Below, piece by piece: positions 27,789-37,126 of a stretch of DNA of 64,000 nucleotides. Position numbers and translations under genes: made by a program. The stretch is from Escherichia phage ECCR664: sequence record OL631257.1; one strand, written 5' to 3'. The notes under the pieces were generated by a model, which worked only from the letters and a program-made list of their open reading frames with translations, was not told the DNA's origin and did no database searches. Positions within the stretch are counted from its first letter, which is position 1; every line of letters begins with the position of its first letter.

Positions 27789-28382
27789 TTATTTCAAAGA
27801 GTTAATATATTCTTGTACATCGGCAGAAGTGGTTTCGACACCGGCTGGAGTACCATTGAACGTTTCAACACGAGTCAGAGTGTCTTCGATATCAACCTTA
27901 GTCAGTGCAGCAATTTCAATCACATCATCAGCCGTAGAGATACCAAGGGCATTGGCTGCTCGAGTTTCACGAATGTATTCGAGTTTGATTGCCAGATTCT
28001 GACGAGCATCATCAAGTTCAACCACCTTACGAGCAATTTCAATTCGCATAGCGGCATACCCGTCAGCTTTTGTATTAAGTTGTTCGGCAGTTCGACGATA
28101 CAAAAGACCAAGCTTAGCATGCATGGTAACATCTTGTCCTTCAGCCAGGAGCTTACGAATTTCACGTTCCTTAGAAGCGGCTTGCTTATTCTTTTCAATA
28201 ACAAGTTCGCGAATACGTTTTTCTTCATTAATAGATTTAACAGAAGCCGTTTTTAGTTCTTTGATTTGGGTAATCAACTTATCTGCAGCTGCGTTATACT
28301 GTTCTTCGACAGTCAGATTTTTAGCCATAGCAGTACCCAGTTTAGTGCGGATGAATTCAACAAGTTTCTTCAGTGTGTTCAT
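27789..28382 (-). CDS. PspA/IM30-like coiled-coil protein (putative membrane-stress protein)
   Basis: About 197 aa, strongly helical and charged, with PspA-like size and heptad organisation; assignment is by pattern only. Confidence 0.4.
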   Translation of the reverse strand: MNTLKKLVEFIRTKLGTAMAKNLTVEEQYNAAADKLITQIKELKTASVKSINEEKRIRELVIEKNKQAASKEREIRKLLAEGQDVTMHAKLGLLYRRTAEQLNTKADGYAAMRIEIARKVVELDDARQNLAIKLEYIRETRAANALGISTADDVIEIAALTKVDIEDTLTRVETFNGTPAGVETTSADVQEYINSLK

Positions 28383-28423
28383 ATTATTACCTTTCAATTG
28401 GTGGTTTATTATCCAACGAGAGT

Positions 28424-28452
28424 ATTATACTCTGCTCTAAAGAGTTTGTACA
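28424..28452 (-). promoter_or_regulatory. T4-type early promoter
   Basis: Minus strand GTGTAC, 17 nt, TATAAT upstream of the PspA-like gene. Confidence 0.5.
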
Positions 28453-28453
28453 C

Positions 28454-28701
28454 TTATTTGTACGAATTAATAATCTCTTCCATTTTATCCAGAACATGGA
28501 TATCGATTATACGAGGAAGTGCCGAAAGATTAGAACCGTCGAAAGATTTAAGGTCTTCCAAAATAATATTTTCAATGGCCTTTAAAGCTTCCGCAGATTC
28601 TGACGCAGAATTAAATTCAGGAATTTCTCCAAAAGACGTAAGAATGAACCAAAGTATTCTGCGGCGATTTCTTTAGCTTGTTCGATATCAGACTTAAACA
28701 T
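28454..28701 (-). CDS. hypothetical protein (about 82 aa, frameshifted)
   Basis: 'MFKSDIEQAKEIAAEYFGSF' then a shifted frame '...IENIILEDLKSFDGSNLSALPRIIDIHVLDKMEEIINSYK'. Confidence 0.35.
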
Positions 28702-28730
28702 TTTGTTTTCCTCATTTGTTGGTGGAGTAA

Positions 28731-28985
28731 TCATATCACCATCCTTGGCGTTTGTACATTATTTTTAATCAAGTTGACATAAAATTCTGCATCTTCAGGG
28801 TGCATGCCTTCACAGTATTCTTCAACCATGAACTTCTTAACAGCTTCATAAGGACCACTCAGATTAAGCTCAGTTGTCCAGAACTTGGAATCTTGGACCG
28901 AATCGATACGAACGTCAGGGTGACGGTTGCGAATAACTTCTTCGGTGTATTCATAATCAACGACATCAATACTAACTGTAGCCAT
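28731..28985 (-). CDS. hypothetical protein (84 aa)
   Basis: ORF. Confidence 0.45.
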   Translation of the reverse strand: MATVSIDVVDYEYTEEVIRNRHPDVRIDSVQDSKFWTTELNLSGPYEAVKKFMVEEYCEGMHPEDAEFYVNLIKNNVQTPRMVI

Positions 28986-29031
28986 TTTGTTTTCCTCTTG
29001 ATTTGATGTGATTACTATAACATAAACTTAC

Positions 29032-29196
29032 TTAGATGTAAATTATTTCAACGTCACCTTTAGCGGCTTTATAACCTTCAGCCCAAGATACAACAGAGTT
29101 TTTATCTGAGGATTCAAATTCAGGCATTGGACTTTCACCAATATTCACACAGTATGTTTCTTCATTTTCATCGAACCAAATAATTAAAGTAGTCAT
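29032..29196 (-). CDS. small hypothetical protein (about 54 aa)
   Basis: 'MTTLIIWFDENEETYCVNIGESPMPEFESSDKNSVVSWAEGYKAAKGDVEIIYI'. Confidence 0.3.
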   Translation of the reverse strand: MTTLIIWFDENEETYCVNIGESPMPEFESSDKNSVVSWAEGYKAAKGDVEIIYI

Positions 29197-29277
29197 TTTG
29201 TTTACTCCTTTGTAGTTGATAAGTCTATAGTATCACCATCCTTGGTGCTTGTACATCATTATTTTAATTTTTCCAAC

Positions 29278-29505
29278 TTAACAACTTGTAGTATCCTTCA
29301 TTCGTACGTGGTTTATCCCAAAAATACTAATATATGATTCGCTGTCAATAGAAGTCGCCGGGTTTTTCTCTACCGTAAGACCTTCACTTTCCAGCCATTC
29401 AATAGTATTTGCGCATAAATCAGAAGAACACCTCATCGGGAACCGGCAAGATTTTTCACCTTTAGCTGCAGTGTTATACATCTTTTCTAAAATACGCTTT
29501 TGCAC
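29278..29505 (-). CDS. hypothetical protein (75 aa)
   Basis: ORF. Confidence 0.4.
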   Translation of the reverse strand: MQKRILEKMYNTAAKGEKSCRFPMRCSSDLCANTIEWLESEGLTVEKNPATSIDSESYISIFGINHVRMKDTTSC

Positions 29506-29595
29506 GTTTTTAAAAATAGTTTCAGCAGATTCTTCAGATTTTTATTCAGTTCAGTGTAAAGACTCATACTATTCTCCTCATGTTTTAATAGGACT

Positions 29596-29624
29596 ATAGT
29601 AACACATCCAGGGAAGAAGTAAAC
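29596..29624 (-). promoter_or_regulatory. T4-type early promoter
   Basis: Minus strand GTTTAC, 17 nt, TACTAT. Confidence 0.5.
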
Positions 29625-29647
29625 AACTTTTTCAGTAAGTTATAGAC

Positions 29648-29672
29648 CCCTAAAGGGGCCCGAAGGTCCCCA
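29648..29672 (-). terminator. hairpin terminator (UUCG tetraloop), family A copy 2
   Basis: 'ggggcc cgaa ggtcccc' downstream of 29677..30295. Confidence 0.45.
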
Positions 29673-29676
29673 TTCT

Positions 29677-30295
29677 TTACTTACGAGTTTTTGCATACTG
29701 AGCAGCGTCAGCAGCCAAACGACCTGCCTGACGAAGTTTTTCTTTAATCGCATCGTGAAGTGGTTGAGTATACTTCAAACCTTCGATAGTCAAATAAAGA
29801 CGATAAAGGTCTGGGGTATCAAGGTTGTTGATATGTTGGCCATTACGAAGACTGTTGAATTCACGAACGAGTGAAGATGTATCGGATTCAATATCACGAA
29901 CAAGCGAAGATAGTTGTTTATATTTTTTTCCAGGCTAGAAGTATCAAACTTAAGAGCAGGAGCTTTAGGAGTTGCTTTTACTTCCGGCTTAGGCTCAGGT
30001 TTTGCTTTAGGGGCCGCAGGTTTAGGAACGGTAGGAGCAGGTTTTACTTTAGGCGAACCCGATTTAGCAGAAACACCACCACTAACAATATCTTTGAATG
30101 CTTTAGAAGCTCTGTAATATTCTTTTGGGTGGAAGTGTCGATACCGTACATGGCTTGAACGTTTTTGAAAAACTCTGTACTAGTTTTTGTACCAGAAATA
30201 GCATCGTAAGCAGCTTGCCATTTCTCTTTTGTCATACGTACACCGGCTTCGGTGATTACTTCCGTTTCGGCTAAAAATTCATTAAAAGTATACAT
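29677..30295 (-). CDS. internal-protein-like protein with capsid targeting sequence and Pro/Ala/Lys-rich linker, frameshifted
   Basis: Starts 'MYTFNEFLAETEV' (compare IPI/IPII 'MKTY(K/Q)EFI..E'); a 'PKPAAPKAKPEPKPEVK' segment follows; ends '...AAQYAKTRK'. Minus-strand TATAAATA at 30331..30338. Confidence 0.45.
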
Positions 30296-30330
30296 TGATG
30301 GTCCTTAGAAAGTGGGTTTATTGTTTACTA

Positions 30331-30338
30331 TATTTATA
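30331..30338 (-). promoter_or_regulatory. T4-type late promoter (TATAAATA, minus strand)
   Basis: Plus strand 'tatttata', 36 nt upstream of the 30295 start. Confidence 0.4.
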
Positions 30339-30339
30339 C

Positions 30340-30366
30340 AAAAAGCCCCAACCTTTCGGAAGGGGC
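30340..30366 (-). terminator. rho-independent terminator, family B copy 2
   Basis: Hairpin identical to 14376..14405 ('gcccc aacctttcggaa ggggc') plus a U5 run; lies 3' of the tRNA/stable-RNA cluster. Confidence 0.55.
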
Positions 30367-30409
30367 TATATACCTTGTCGGGGTTTCCACCTACTAAGGC
30401 AAGTGTTTG

Positions 30410-30566
30410 TACGAAACGCCGGGATTCGAACCCGGTTATTAAGCAGTTGACGCTACTCAATATTTTTAAAGGCCATATCTCGACCATATCCGAACGTTCC
30501 GTCAAAAACGCTACTCGGCTTACGGCAAAGATATTTCCTCGAATCGATAATTCTGTGCGCCGTTTC
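30410..30566 (-). ncRNA. tRNA-like small stable RNA (candidate T4 species 1/2-type RNA) or degenerate tRNA
   Basis: Canonical T-arm 'CCGGGTTCGAATCCCGG' and acceptor-like 3' end, but about 155 nt long with no clean cloverleaf. Confidence 0.3.
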
Positions 30567-30669
30567 TGCTGTGATGTAAGGGGATATTAACGAATCATAA
30601 AGATTTATTAAGACCAGTCCTTACTCAGGGAACATCAGTCCGACGACTTGCCGGTAGCGACCCGGCTTC

Positions 30670-31014
30670 TTATTTTGACATATCATCAATTTGTTCTCTA
30701 CGTCTACGCCATAGATTAATTACTTCATCAACACATTCGGCGTTTGATATATGACGGCAATAATATAATGATTCGCGTTTCTGGAACCGATGTTGCAATG
30801 GGATTTCGTTTAAAAGGTCTTTACGGTCAAAGTATTCAAAACTAGTTAACCCAGAACGGTTTTTAAGGAACTTCCAATGACCAAATTCATTTTGAACATA
30901 GACGTAATCGGCATGCTGATACAGCGAATTAATTAACCTATCGGAAATAACTGTTTCACGTTCGTTAAAATAAAACGTTAAATCATGAACTACCAGATAA
31001 ACATTGCCTTTCAT
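30670..31014 (-). CDS. hypothetical protein (about 114 aa)
   Basis: ORF 30670..31062 with probable start at 'MKGNVYLVVHDL'. Confidence 0.4.
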   Translation of the reverse strand: MKGNVYLVVHDLTFYFNERETVISDRLINSLYQHADYVYVQNEFGHWKFLKNRSGLTSFEYFDRKDLLNEIPLQHRFQKRESLYYCRHISNAECVDEVINLWRRRREQIDDMSK

Positions 31015-31032
31015 ATTTTCCTCACTTAAAGT

Positions 31033-31110
<78 letters not shown>

Positions 31111-31116
31111 ATATAT

Positions 31117-31189
31117 GACCCAGACCAGATTCGAACTGGTAACCTTTCCCTTATGAGGGGACTGCTGCTAACCATTGAGCTACAGGGCC
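31117..31189 (-). tRNA. tRNA-Ile (anticodon CAU; Met-type anticodon as in T4 tRNA-Ile)
   Basis: Cloverleaf with acceptor GGCCCTG, D-arm GCTCAATGGTTAG, anticodon loop CTCATAA, T-arm CCAGTTCGAATCTGG. Confidence 0.8.
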
Positions 31190-31267
31190 TAAATAACTTT
31201 CTATTATGAAAGGCACTTTAGAGCACCTTTGGTAATAGAGGATATGAATTAATAATAACACATAATT

Positions 31268-31783
31268 CTTAAAGCAAATCAACCATTTTAACGGTCGGCA
31301 AAACGATTTCTTCTTCAATATAAGCAAATTCGACACGTTCAACTACACGCAAGAAATCGTAATCGTAGTATTCAGAAGCGTAGCCAAGAATATCAATAAG
31401 ACCTTGAGATATCTCATCGCCTTTCACAAAGAACAGGTCGAATACACGTGATTCATCTTCTTCAGATTTATTACCGAGGTCGACTTCGATACCAAAGACC
31501 TTTTAATGAATTCCGGATAAAGCTGGTCTGAGAACAGTCCTTCAACCAAGTATTCATAGATTAAAAGCGAGCAATCACTGAATGGTGTATTACCACAATA
31601 ACGTTCGGCTTTGGTGCTAGAATGACGGCTCTTAAATTTCTTCAAGAGATATTTAAACTGTTGGAGCTCATGCTCTTCCACTTCAAACAATGTTTTGGTT
31701 TTATAGTTGTCACCATCATTTTCATAGGTAGTGACATCAATTACGTAACCCTTAGGAATTGTACTGCCTAAACAAATATTCAT
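31268..31783 (-). CDS. hypothetical protein (frameshift about 31500)
   Basis: ORF 31424..31783 plus a shifted continuation ending '...LPTVKMVDLL'. Confidence 0.4.
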
Positions 31784-31787
31784 TTAC

Positions 31788-32078
31788 TCACCGTACCATA
31801 TTAATGTAATTATATTCAATGCAACGTAATTTCAAAGGATTCTTGAAAATATCATATTCAAGAGGACCTTTTTCTGTTTCAATAAAGAAATCAAAGTTCA
31901 CACTATTAAATTTGCGGTCTTCCCAAAGTAATTTAACCTGTGAAGATGAACGGTCGATGTAAACCTTTTCAACTTCAAAGTGGGTCAAAATACCATAGTA
32001 ATCGACTAGTGCTTTAGCTGCAGCTCGGTCGCTTTCATATCCATTCTCAACGGATTTTACCTTAGCATAAAGAATCAT
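31788..32078 (-). CDS. hypothetical protein (96 aa)
   Basis: ORF. Confidence 0.45.
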   Translation of the reverse strand: MILYAKVKSVENGYESDRAAAKALVDYYGILTHFEVEKVYIDRSSSQVKLLWEDRKFNSVNFDFFIETEKGPLEYDIFKNPLKLRCIEYNYINMVR

Positions 32079-32437
32079 GAATGTTCCACCATTTCAAAGG
32101 TATGAGCATCAACAATATGATACCAGTCAAAATTTTCTTCTGCGTTTTTATAAATTTCGCGAAGAGCCTCAACAGTTTTTCCTGTAGCAACAAGGTCGTC
32201 AATACCACCAAGAGGATAACAGTCATAACCAGCAAACAGAAGGAAATTAATAGTTTCTGTAGGTTCTGGATGCAGAACTCCGTTATCGTCTACCACTTCA
32301 AAGAAAGTGTAAGAAGGAGTACAAGTTTTAATCCAGGCCCATGCTTGAGCTGCTGAATCAAACGGATTACGGAATAAACGACAATCCGGGTCTTTAGAAG
32401 GATTTGCTTCAAAATCAGCATATACATGATATTTCAT
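32075..32437 (-). CDS. hypothetical protein (about 120 aa)
   Basis: ORF 32075..32455, start likely at 'MKYHVYADF'. Confidence 0.45.
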   Translation of the reverse strand: MKYHVYADFEANPSKDPDCRLFRNPFDSAAQAWAWIKTCTPSYTFFEVVDDNGVLHPEPTETINFLLFAGYDCYPLGGIDDLVATGKTVEALREIYKNAEENFDWYHIVDAHTFEMVEHS

Positions 32438-32438
32438 T

Positions 32439-32645
32439 TTACTCACCTTTTGCAATTTTATCCATAACGATAGCGATTAAGCCGATTAGAAATGCTACTA
32501 CCAATGAGATAGAATTTTCTGTTGTTGTCAGTAGTCCACAAATGAATCCTACAAACATCGAAAAACTAAAAGCCATTGAAGCAATTACTACAGCAACATT
32601 ACGAATCAGTTCAGCGCGTTTCATTTTATTTCTCCATTTACTCAT
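32439..32645 (-). CDS. small membrane protein (68 aa)
   Basis: 'LIRNVAVVIASMAFSFSMFVGFICGLL' hydrophobic segment. Confidence 0.45.
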   Translation of the reverse strand: MSKWRNKMKRAELIRNVAVVIASMAFSFSMFVGFICGLLTTTENSISLVVAFLIGLIAIVMDKIAKGE

Positions 32646-32661
32646 TTGATTTGATAGGACT

Positions 32662-32691
32662 ACTATAACATAGTCCTATCAGCATGTAAAC
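32662..32691 (-). promoter_or_regulatory. T4-type early promoter
   Basis: Minus strand GTTTAC, 18 nt, TATAGT in the 'gataggactactataacatagtcctatc' element. Confidence 0.5.
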
Positions 32692-32694
32692 TAC

Positions 32695-32982
32695 TTATAG
32701 AAGAGTTTTTGCAATAATTTTAAGCTGAGCTACAGAAATATGCTTAGCTTTAAACAGTGCAGTCTCTTCAGCCGGAGAGATAACAATAGTAGCGCCATCT
32801 TTCTTAGCAGACCATCCATCCCCTAAGTAAACAGTACCTTTTACTTCTTCACCATCAACCAGACTAATCATTGGTTTACCCTCACGTCCTTTATTTGTTT
32901 TAATAACTTCAGAAGTAAGGGATGCTTCGGTCAGAGTAGAAACGTTAGCAACAGGTGATATAAATTCTTTATAGGTTTTCAT
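32695..32982 (-). CDS. ipI: internal protein I (capsid-packaged; IPI* is an anti-GmrSD restriction factor in T4)
   Basis: 'MKTYKEFISPVANVSTLTEASLT...GREGKPMISLVDGEEVKGTVYLGDGWSAKKDGATIVISPAEETALFKAKHI' closely matches T4 IPI. Confidence 0.9.
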   Translation of the reverse strand: MKTYKEFISPVANVSTLTEASLTSEVIKTNKGREGKPMISLVDGEEVKGTVYLGDGWSAKKDGATIVISPAEETALFKAKHISVAQLKIIAKTLL

Positions 32983-33016
32983 TTTATTTCCTTGAGGCTG
33001 TTTATTTGATAGGATG

Positions 33017-33046
33017 ATAGTAACACACCATCATCCTTATGTAAAC
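33017..33046 (-). promoter_or_regulatory. T4-type early promoter
   Basis: Minus strand GTTTAC, 18 nt, TACTAT upstream of ipI. Confidence 0.5.
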
Positions 33047-33059
33047 TGTTTTGTGAAAA

Positions 33060-33745
<686 letters not shown>

Positions 33746-33749
33746 TTTA

Positions 33750-34481
33750 TTACCTTAAGATTGTTTCAATTTTAGAATAAAGCTCTTCTAAAGAGCCGTC
33801 GTTTGTAATAACTAAATCGCCTTCTTCAATAGGCAACCCAGCTTCTGTAATATGTTTATCGGTGGATTCCGTACCAGAGCGAACCACATGAATAACTGTA
33901 GCACCCATCGCTCTAGCGGTTTCCATTTCATGGACTTGACGTGTATCGGTTACGACATAGTAATCGAAATCACTTCCAATATAATCCATATAGTTTAATG
34001 CAAAAGTTTAACCCAATACATACGGTCAAATAAATTAACGACAACATCCGTACCGAGGGCTTGCATAAGACGGCGGATTGACCATGTGTCGTTGATATTA
34101 TTTATAGCTTCACGCAGGGCTTCATATAGTTTAATATCTAGATACGAATATCCACCTTCTAACGATGATAATACTTTAACATTATTAATTGGTAAATATT
34201 GACTTTGCAAATAAATTAGCGCTTCTTCCAATAATTCAATAACATCCAACTTATTGAGATTTAATGGTGTTTCACGGTCGTATCCAATGCCTTCAAAGTA
34301 TTCGTATTTCAACTCTGTGAATACATCAGGATTTTCAGCATGTCTACGTCCCCAGGCTATTGCTAGAGCGTCTTTAATCGGATATGCCAATTGGTATTTT
34401 ACGGATTTAAAGTTTGAATTGATGTAATCAGCGGTGGTGTCTTTACCACTACGTTTGATGCCGCTTAAAGATTAGCTCCAT
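33750..34481 (-). CDS. 1: deoxynucleoside monophosphate kinase gp1, frameshifted (at least 2 indels)
   Basis: 'MELIF' start then a shifted P-loop region; ORFs 33995..34390 and 33750..33989 match T4 gp1 ('...DTRQVHEMETARAMGATVIHVVR...'). Confidence 0.9.
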
Positions 34482-34534
34482 AAGTTTTCCTCATATAATT
34501 TATGAGTGATTATAACATATGGAGCTAGAAGCGA

Positions 34535-35124
34535 TTAACGCAAGGAAGGGTGTCTAGAAATGGATTTAGATTCGACGGCTTGACGTGGTTGTTGAGATAC
34601 AATGACTTCGCCATCTTTTTCTATCGTCATATACGCGTAGTGAATAGTTGCTACGCACGTAACGGCAGGGTCAGAGTCTTCAGTGTAACTAAATTCAATT
34701 TCACTCAAATCAGAAATCCATGGTTTATAGAAATTTGCTGTCAAAACTACTTCTGTCTTATTGTTGTTTAAAATGTGCAAAGTAACAAACTCAGGACCAT
34801 CGGCATGGGCTGTATTATGACCTGTTATATAGTTATTAGTGCTGAGCATCCATTTATACATGTTCATCCAGGACGTCATGTCTTCATCAACTATAAATCG
34901 TACAATAAAGGGTCATATTCAAATGTAGTGCCTGCGCGCATTGCACGTCCTAACCCCATTGTGCCTGTCACAGTTTCAACAACAGGAATTCTCACACCTG
35001 GCAGTGGTGCCGTTTGGGCATTGAGCACAAAACCTGAAGTTCGTGCACTATCCGGGATATCCACAACAAAGTTTGTTATATTTGTTTGGTTAAAAATCTG
35101 TCTCGCTGGACGAGTCATAAGCAC
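34535..35124 (-). CDS. 3: tail completion/sheath stabilizer gp3, frameshifted
   Basis: ORFs 34891..35124 and 34535..34879 at the T4 gene 3 position, upstream of 1 and downstream of 2. Confidence 0.75.
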
Positions 35125-35220
35125 CTCAAAAACGCTTTAATAAAAATGCAGTATAATGGTTTTAGGTCTCTTCCATTAATCCGGTTCAACAGAATATCAG
35201 AAGAACGGAAGAGAATAGAA

Positions 35221-36042
35221 TTAAGATTTCCAAACAGTATTCGCAGAGAAACGTTTTCCTTTTGACATAAATTGCTGAGTAGGTAACATGATTATGTTAG
35301 CCCAGTCTTTAGGAGCTATTTCTGTTATTGTTCCTCTAATGTGGCCTGGCAGGTATGCTTTAATCATTTTGTCAGCACCTTGAAATCCTTTCACCTTGCT
35401 CCAGTCTATCTTCAACTTTGTGTTATTAGTAATAGTAGTTGTGCTAGCATATTGCTTCAGCAATTCTTCAAGAAACTGTTGACGTGCTTTAGGTGGGATA
35501 TAGTGCAAGTTTAACCCATACATCAAATTATGTTTACCTAATCCTAAATAAATAATCAAAGGATATCTGTCCCAGTATGGCAGAGTATCTTTATGTTTAG
35601 CATCATACACGTAAGTATAAATTTTGCCTGGCGTAGGCTTGACTACTTTATGACCTTTTACACTTTTCTTAATTGTTTCAACAAACCACTTAGATGATTT
35701 ATTGTTTACTGCTGCGCCTTCATTTCTAATCTTTTCTCGTATTGAACTGCGAAACGAGTTTATCATCAGAAGTTGACGTTCTTGCTTATTAAGTTTATTT
35801 TTAGGTTTAGATTCAAGCGTTTCAATTTTCTGTGCAGTCTTAATAGATGATGCATATCTAGACATTGCAGATGTAAACGACGAGTATTTTATTCCTTTTG
35901 ATTCTGCAAATGCTTTTGCAGTGATTCCTTTCTCTTTAGCTTTCTTGTATTCTAATCCTATCTCAATCCATTTTCTTTCATTCATAGACTGAGCAATCTT
36001 AGGGGCTTGTACGCCTTCAGATATAATTTGGAATATGCTCAT
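35221..36042 (-). CDS. 2: DNA end protector protein gp2
   Basis: 273 aa at the gene 2 position; size and context match T4 gp2. Confidence 0.85.
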   Translation of the reverse strand: MSIFQIISEGVQAPKIAQSMNERKWIEIGLEYKKAKEKGITAKAFAESKGIKYSSFTSAMSRYASSIKTAQKIETLESKPKNKLNKQERQLLMINSFRSSIREKIRNEGAAVNNKSSKWFVETIKKSVKGHKVVKPTPGKIYTYVYDAKHKDTLPYWDRYPLIIYLGLGKHNLMYGLNLHYIPPKARQQFLEELLKQYASTTTITNNTKLKIDWSKVKGFQGADKMIKAYLPGHIRGTITEIAPKDWANIIMLPTQQFMSKGKRFSANTVWKS

Positions 36043-36044
36043 AA

Positions 36045-36472
36045 TTACCCCTTGTATCCGAGTTTCCTAAGTCCGTCTTCGGTTAGAACTCGAAATTTTA
36101 TATTTCTCTTTTCAGCAACAGCTGAGGCAGCTTTCCATTTGTCACAGTTCACAGACCAGGTGTATATTTCATTCATATAACGTTTCTTTGCCGCGGTCGT
36201 AAGATTTGCAGGCTTAATAGGTGGTTGAGTTTCTTTCTTTGGTTTTATTTCTACAAAAACTCTTGACCTGATGCATCTTTCATCCATATGTCCATATAGT
36301 ATCGACGTTTCTTACCTTCTGCGTTACAGAAATATGGAATTACTGCTGTTTCACTACCCCATGCAATAATTTCTGGATTTTTATCTAACCATTCGAAAAG
36401 AATTTTTCCCAGTTTGAACGATACGTTATTTTGGTATGGTCTCCACGGTATTTTTAAATTTTCGGGACCCAT
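36045..36472 (-). CDS. 4: head completion protein gp4, frameshifted
   Basis: ORFs 36251..36472 and 36045..36287 overlap in different frames; T4 gene 4 position. Confidence 0.8.
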
Positions 36473-36500
36473 TTACCAGAGTAGGCCATGTTGTCCTCCT

Positions 36501-36508
36501 TATAAATA
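36501..36508 (+). promoter_or_regulatory. T4 late promoter (TATAAATA) for gene 53
   Basis: Exact TATAAATA about 43 nt upstream of the gp53 start. Confidence 0.6.
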
Positions 36509-36515
36509 GTATTAT

Positions 36516-36523
36516 TATTTATA
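36516..36523 (-). promoter_or_regulatory. T4 late promoter (TATAAATA, minus strand) for genes 4-2
   Basis: Plus strand 'tatttata'; divergent from the gene 53 promoter. Confidence 0.55.
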
Positions 36524-36550
36524 CCAATTTCATATTGGAAGGAGACTATC

Positions 36551-37126
36551 TTGTTATTTACATTCTTCGACCCAATAGGATATAGTGCTAAAACAGTTGA
36601 TAAGAATGCACCTACTATTCCTATGACAGACATATTTCGTAACTATAAAGAGTACTTTAAGCGTGTGGCTGCCAATTATAGATTACGTTCTTATTACATT
36701 AAAGGCTCTCCACGTCCTGAAGAACTAGCAAACATAATTTATGGCAACCCGCAATTATACTGGGTTCTTTTGATGTGCAACGATAACTACGACCCGTATT
36801 ATGGTTGGATTACATCTCAGGAAGCAGCGTATCAAGCGTCTATTCAGAAATATGCAAATGCTGGTGGAGACCAAATTCTTTACCATATTAACGAGAACCG
36901 TGAGAAATTTTACAATTTAGTTTCATATCCGGATGAGCCTTTAGTGTGGTATGATAAAGGTGATGAAGCTCGTAAGTATCCACAATATAAAGGACCTTTA
37001 GCTGCAGTAGATACTTATGAAGCGGCAGTATTAGATAATGAAAAACTTCGTAAAATAAAAATTGTTGCAAAAGAAGATATAAACTCGTTTATTACTGATT
37101 TGATTCGTGAGATGGAGATTGCATAA
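36551..37126 (+). CDS. 53: baseplate wedge subunit gp53
   Basis: 'MLFTFFDPIGYSAKTVDKNAPTIPMTDIFRNY' matches T4 gp53 (TTG start as drawn by the ORF track). Confidence 0.9.
   Translation: MLFTFFDPIGYSAKTVDKNAPTIPMTDIFRNYKEYFKRVAANYRLRSYYIKGSPRPEELANIIYGNPQLYWVLLMCNDNYDPYYGWITSQEAAYQASIQKYANAGGDQILYHINENREKFYNLVSYPDEPLVWYDKGDEARKYPQYKGPLAAVDTYEAAVLDNEKLRKIKIVAKEDINSFITDLIREMEIA

Noticed and set aside
8338-28676. Further plus-strand ORFs overlapping minus-strand genes (for example 8338..8544, 10735..11091, 12369..12704, 21528..21869, 23157..23519, 25774..26304, 27738..28256, 28123..28440, 28266..28676)
   Set aside because: All lie antisense to longer ORFs that have T4 homology or promoter/RBS context; no independent support.
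29871-30158. Arg-rich plus-strand ORFs (29871..30158 and 29914..30117)
   Set aside because: These are the antisense reading of the Pro/Ala/Lys-rich linker of the minus-strand internal-protein-like gene; a compositional artefact.
30410-30566. An intron-containing tRNA at 30410..30566
   Set aside because: The T-arm and 3' acceptor are convincing, but I could not build a complementary 5' acceptor strand or a D/anticodon arm; kept only as a low-confidence tRNA-like stable RNA.
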